DNA of 64,000 nucleotides from a bacterium (GTDB lineage Bacteria; Patescibacteriota; UBA1384; CAILIB01): NCBI GenBank assembly GCA_037131105.1, contig JBAXRQ010000001.1, positions 130,039 to 194,038 of the forward strand, read 5' to 3'. Shown piece by piece: positions 61,845 to 64,000 of this stretch (position 1 is its first letter; each line of letters starts with the position of its first letter). The notes under the pieces were generated by a model. It saw only the letters and a program-made list of their open reading frames with translations, ran no database searches and was not told where the DNA came from. The position numbers and the translations under genes were made by a program.

Positions 61845-62207
61845 ATGAATGTACAGGCAAATATCGCGGCGGTGGGAATGCTCTCGTTCCTTTTCGTCAG
61901 CGGGATTTATTACCTGTTCCTGGGTATGCGAGTACCCGAGGAAAAGAATCCGGTGAGGGATGATGACAAAAAGTTGGCAAAGGTTGCTCAGTTAAGTAGC
62001 GGGCTCAGCCTGCCTTGCGGGGTCGCGACAGTATTGTTTAGACAGTGGTCGCCCTGGCTGATGCTGGCCGTGCCTATACTGGCAGTAGTTGTCTCTTATC
62101 TTGCGATAGAGACCGGACGGTATCTGAAGGTCAAGTCTGATCAAAAGAGGGTGAACCAGAGTCGGCAGGGGCTCATTGCCGAGCGAATAAAAAAGCAAAT
62201 TGGTTGA
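61845..62207 (+). CDS. Small membrane protein, hypothetical.
   Basis: Two to three hydrophobic helices. Confidence 0.3.
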   Translation: MNVQANIAAVGMLSFLFVSGIYYLFLGMRVPEEKNPVRDDDKKLAKVAQLSSGLSLPCGVATVLFRQWSPWLMLAVPILAVVVSYLAIETGRYLKVKSDQKRVNQSRQGLIAERIKKQIG

Positions 62208-62343
62208 TGGAGAAAACACCCAAAGAGGGCCGCACGGCATATGCGGCCCTCTTTCAAATTATGAGTTCGATATAGTCAGAGCTGGTGACTGTTGTGTAGT
62301 TGGGGTAGGGGACCGGTCTCGTTATAGTCGCGGATGACGATGC

Positions 62344-62877
62344 TCATATCGCTGATGGGAGGGCAGCCAGTACTTCTTCCAGCAGCCGATGAGGCGGCAT
62401 TTTCTTGAGGGTAAGTAGCTTTACACCTTTTTCGGCGCAAAGAGATCTTAGGGTGCGCTTCTTCTTACGTCGGTCATAGCTGAGAGTCCACTTTATATAG
62501 TCCAGCTTTAGTCGCTCAGGCTTGGCGCCGTCCGGGATAGTGTTAGGTAGCTGGCCGCCTCGTCTCCTTCTTTGCAGAACTCTCGGAAAGGTATAGATCC
62601 GGCTTACATCGAGAAACACCACGAGAGTTGAACGGTCGATGCGTTCGGGAATAGCGTTCTTGTAGACCCCGTCGATGACCCACTGGTCGCCAGCGATGAG
62701 TCGGGCGTGTGCCTTTTGGTATTCCTCGAGGGGGAGTTTCTCGAAATTGCCGTTAAGGAGTTCCCGGTCCAGGTGGTGGACAGGGATGTGCAGTGCTTCC
62801 CCCAGGGCAATGGCCAGGGTACTCTTGCCGCTGCCAGAGTTTCCGATAACGCTGATACGGGGTCCAACGGTGGACAT
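62344..62877 (-). CDS. P-loop NTPase / nucleoside kinase-like protein (AAA-type small kinase, FlaR/adenylate-kinase-like).
   Basis: Walker [16 protein letters not shown] in the first 20 residues. About 177 aa. Confidence 0.5.
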   Translation of the reverse strand: MSTVGPRISVIGNSGSGKSTLAIALGEALHIPVHHLDRELLNGNFEKLPLEEYQKAHARLIAGDQWVIDGVYKNAIPERIDRSTLVVFLDVSRIYTFPRVLQRRRRGGQLPNTIPDGAKPERLKLDYIKWTLSYDRRKKKRTLRSLCAEKGVKLLTLKKMPPHRLLEEVLAALPSAI

Positions 62878-62952
62878 GGCTGTGAGGTGGGATATAAACA
62901 GGCTTCATATGTAATGCTATAGTAGTCATACCTACCTGTAAACGCCTGTTTC

Positions 62953-63537
62953 ATGCCACACGAAGTCACTTCTCCAAATCCCGGCGAGCTGAAGGGTATC
63001 TCCGCCAAGACCAATGAGATCCACCACGACAAGCTCTACGCCGGCTACGTCACTAAGCGTAACGAGGTCGAGGCCAAGATGGCTGAGATCGACCTTGCCT
63101 CGGCAAACCAGATCTACTCCCAGTGGCGCGGTCTGAAAGAAGGGGAGACCTTCGCCGCCAATGGCATGATCCTCCATGAGGTCTTCTTCGACATCCTGGG
63201 CGGGGACGGGGACGCCTCTGGAACCAAGATAAAGGAGGCTATCGAGGGACAGTGGGGGAGTTGGCAGCGCTTCGTCGACGAGTTCACCGCCACCGCGATG
63301 GGGGCGAGGGGATGGGCGATACTGGCCTATGACCCATCTGACAAGAAGCTGCATATTTTCGCCGCCGACGCCCAGAACCAGGGCGGGGTGTGGGGGAGTA
63401 CTCCCCTCCTCCCATGCGACGTTTACGAGCATGCCTATTTCATCGATTTCGGCTCGGACCGCAAGGCCTACGTCGCCGCGTTTTTACAAAATGTAGAGTG
63501 GGGGAGGGTAGAGGAACGGTATCAAAAAGTGGCCTGA
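62953..63537 (+). CDS. Fe/Mn superoxide dismutase.
   Basis: EIHHDKLYAGYV (His ligands) and DVYEHAYFIDF (the DVWEHAYY metal-ligand motif). Confidence 0.85.
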   Translation: MPHEVTSPNPGELKGISAKTNEIHHDKLYAGYVTKRNEVEAKMAEIDLASANQIYSQWRGLKEGETFAANGMILHEVFFDILGGDGDASGTKIKEAIEGQWGSWQRFVDEFTATAMGARGWAILAYDPSDKKLHIFAADAQNQGGVWGSTPLLPCDVYEHAYFIDFGSDRKAYVAAFLQNVEWGRVEERYQKVA

Positions 63538-63701
63538 TTCCCCTACTGTCCCCTTTCTAAATCGAGTAGAGGACAGTATAGTGGTGTGTGTGGGCTAAAC
63601 AAGACGGGACTCCCCACTACTCGCTTATTGTGTGGTTAGCGTGTCCCCGGCGGTTTTTTCAAAATTACCACTCCCCTGCTAATTTCTCATTTTTTTTCGG
63701 A

Positions 63702-64000
63702 TGAACGACGATATTATTGTCTATGACATTGAGACCCAGGAAACCTTCGCTGACGTAGGTTCACGTGACCCCAAGAAGCTACATATATCGGTAATAGGAG
63801 CCTATTCCTATAAGGATAATGAGTTTATGAGCTACACGGAAGACGAGCTTCCCCTCTTCTGGCGGCGTCTCGAGCAGTGCGACATGATCGTGGGTTTCAA
63901 CAACAAGGGCTTCGATGACCAGGTCTGTGCAGCCTACTTTCCTGAGATCACCAAGGTGTACAGCTTTGATATCCTGGCTGAGGTGTATAAGAACCTGGGA
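63702..64000 (+). CDS. Partial CDS running off the window end, possibly a DEDD/DnaQ-like exonuclease.
   Basis: The ATG at 63702 opens a frame (MNDDIIVYDIETQETFADVG…) that continues to the window end. VYDIET resembles an Exo I DxE motif. Confidence 0.4.

Overview
This 64 kb window is gene-dense and coded almost entirely on the minus strand. It looks like a small-genome, Gram-positive-type (possibly Patescibacteria/CPR-like) bacterium, but that is inference only. The supporting signs are about 55% GC, weak or absent Shine-Dalgarno sequences, many 4-nt gene overlaps, a PolA without a 3'-5' exonuclease domain, a short ValS and an IMPDH without CBS domains. No rRNA genes, CRISPR arrays, integrases or transposases were found.

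Main content:
- An atypical F1Fo ATP synthase locus (atpF-atpH-atpA-atpG, then three unrelated genes, then atpD-atpC) with no a subunit.
- The position where atpE should sit holds a 689-aa ORF. It fuses a signal peptide and Ig-like extracellular repeats to a C-terminal c-subunit-like hairpin that lacks the helix-2 carboxylate.
- AtpA carries a roughly 180-aa Pro/Ala/Glu/Lys-rich C-terminal tail.
- Directly downstream of atpC is a tandem cluster of surface proteins: a dockerin-bearing secreted protein, two paralogous secreted beta-rich proteins, and N-terminally and C-terminally anchored proteins.
- An ABC (MacB/FtsX-like) transporter pair and an IMPDH-family gene.
- A three-gene putative beta-glucan module: a processive GT2 synthase (QxxRW), an HlyD-like adaptor and a GH81-like glucanase.
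- tRNA-Glu(CUC) with a duplicated 21-nt 3' end, and two copies of a roughly 113-nt hairpin-rich unit bracketing a small ORF.
- Sugar activation genes (ROK kinase, phosphomannomutase), rpsT, polA, murE, a FemAB-like gene and valS.
- An L,D-transpeptidase, a segment flanked by roughly 83-nt direct repeats that holds a 1120-aa HExxH multi-Ig secreted protein, then trxB, ruvA, maf, rpoD and a novel Cys-pair repeat protein.
- dnaG, an ABC exporter, SDR, MazG, a methyltransferase, a frameshifted NUDIX gene, tRNA-Ser(GGA) inside a 66-nt palindrome, a Y-family polymerase, trxA and SOD.
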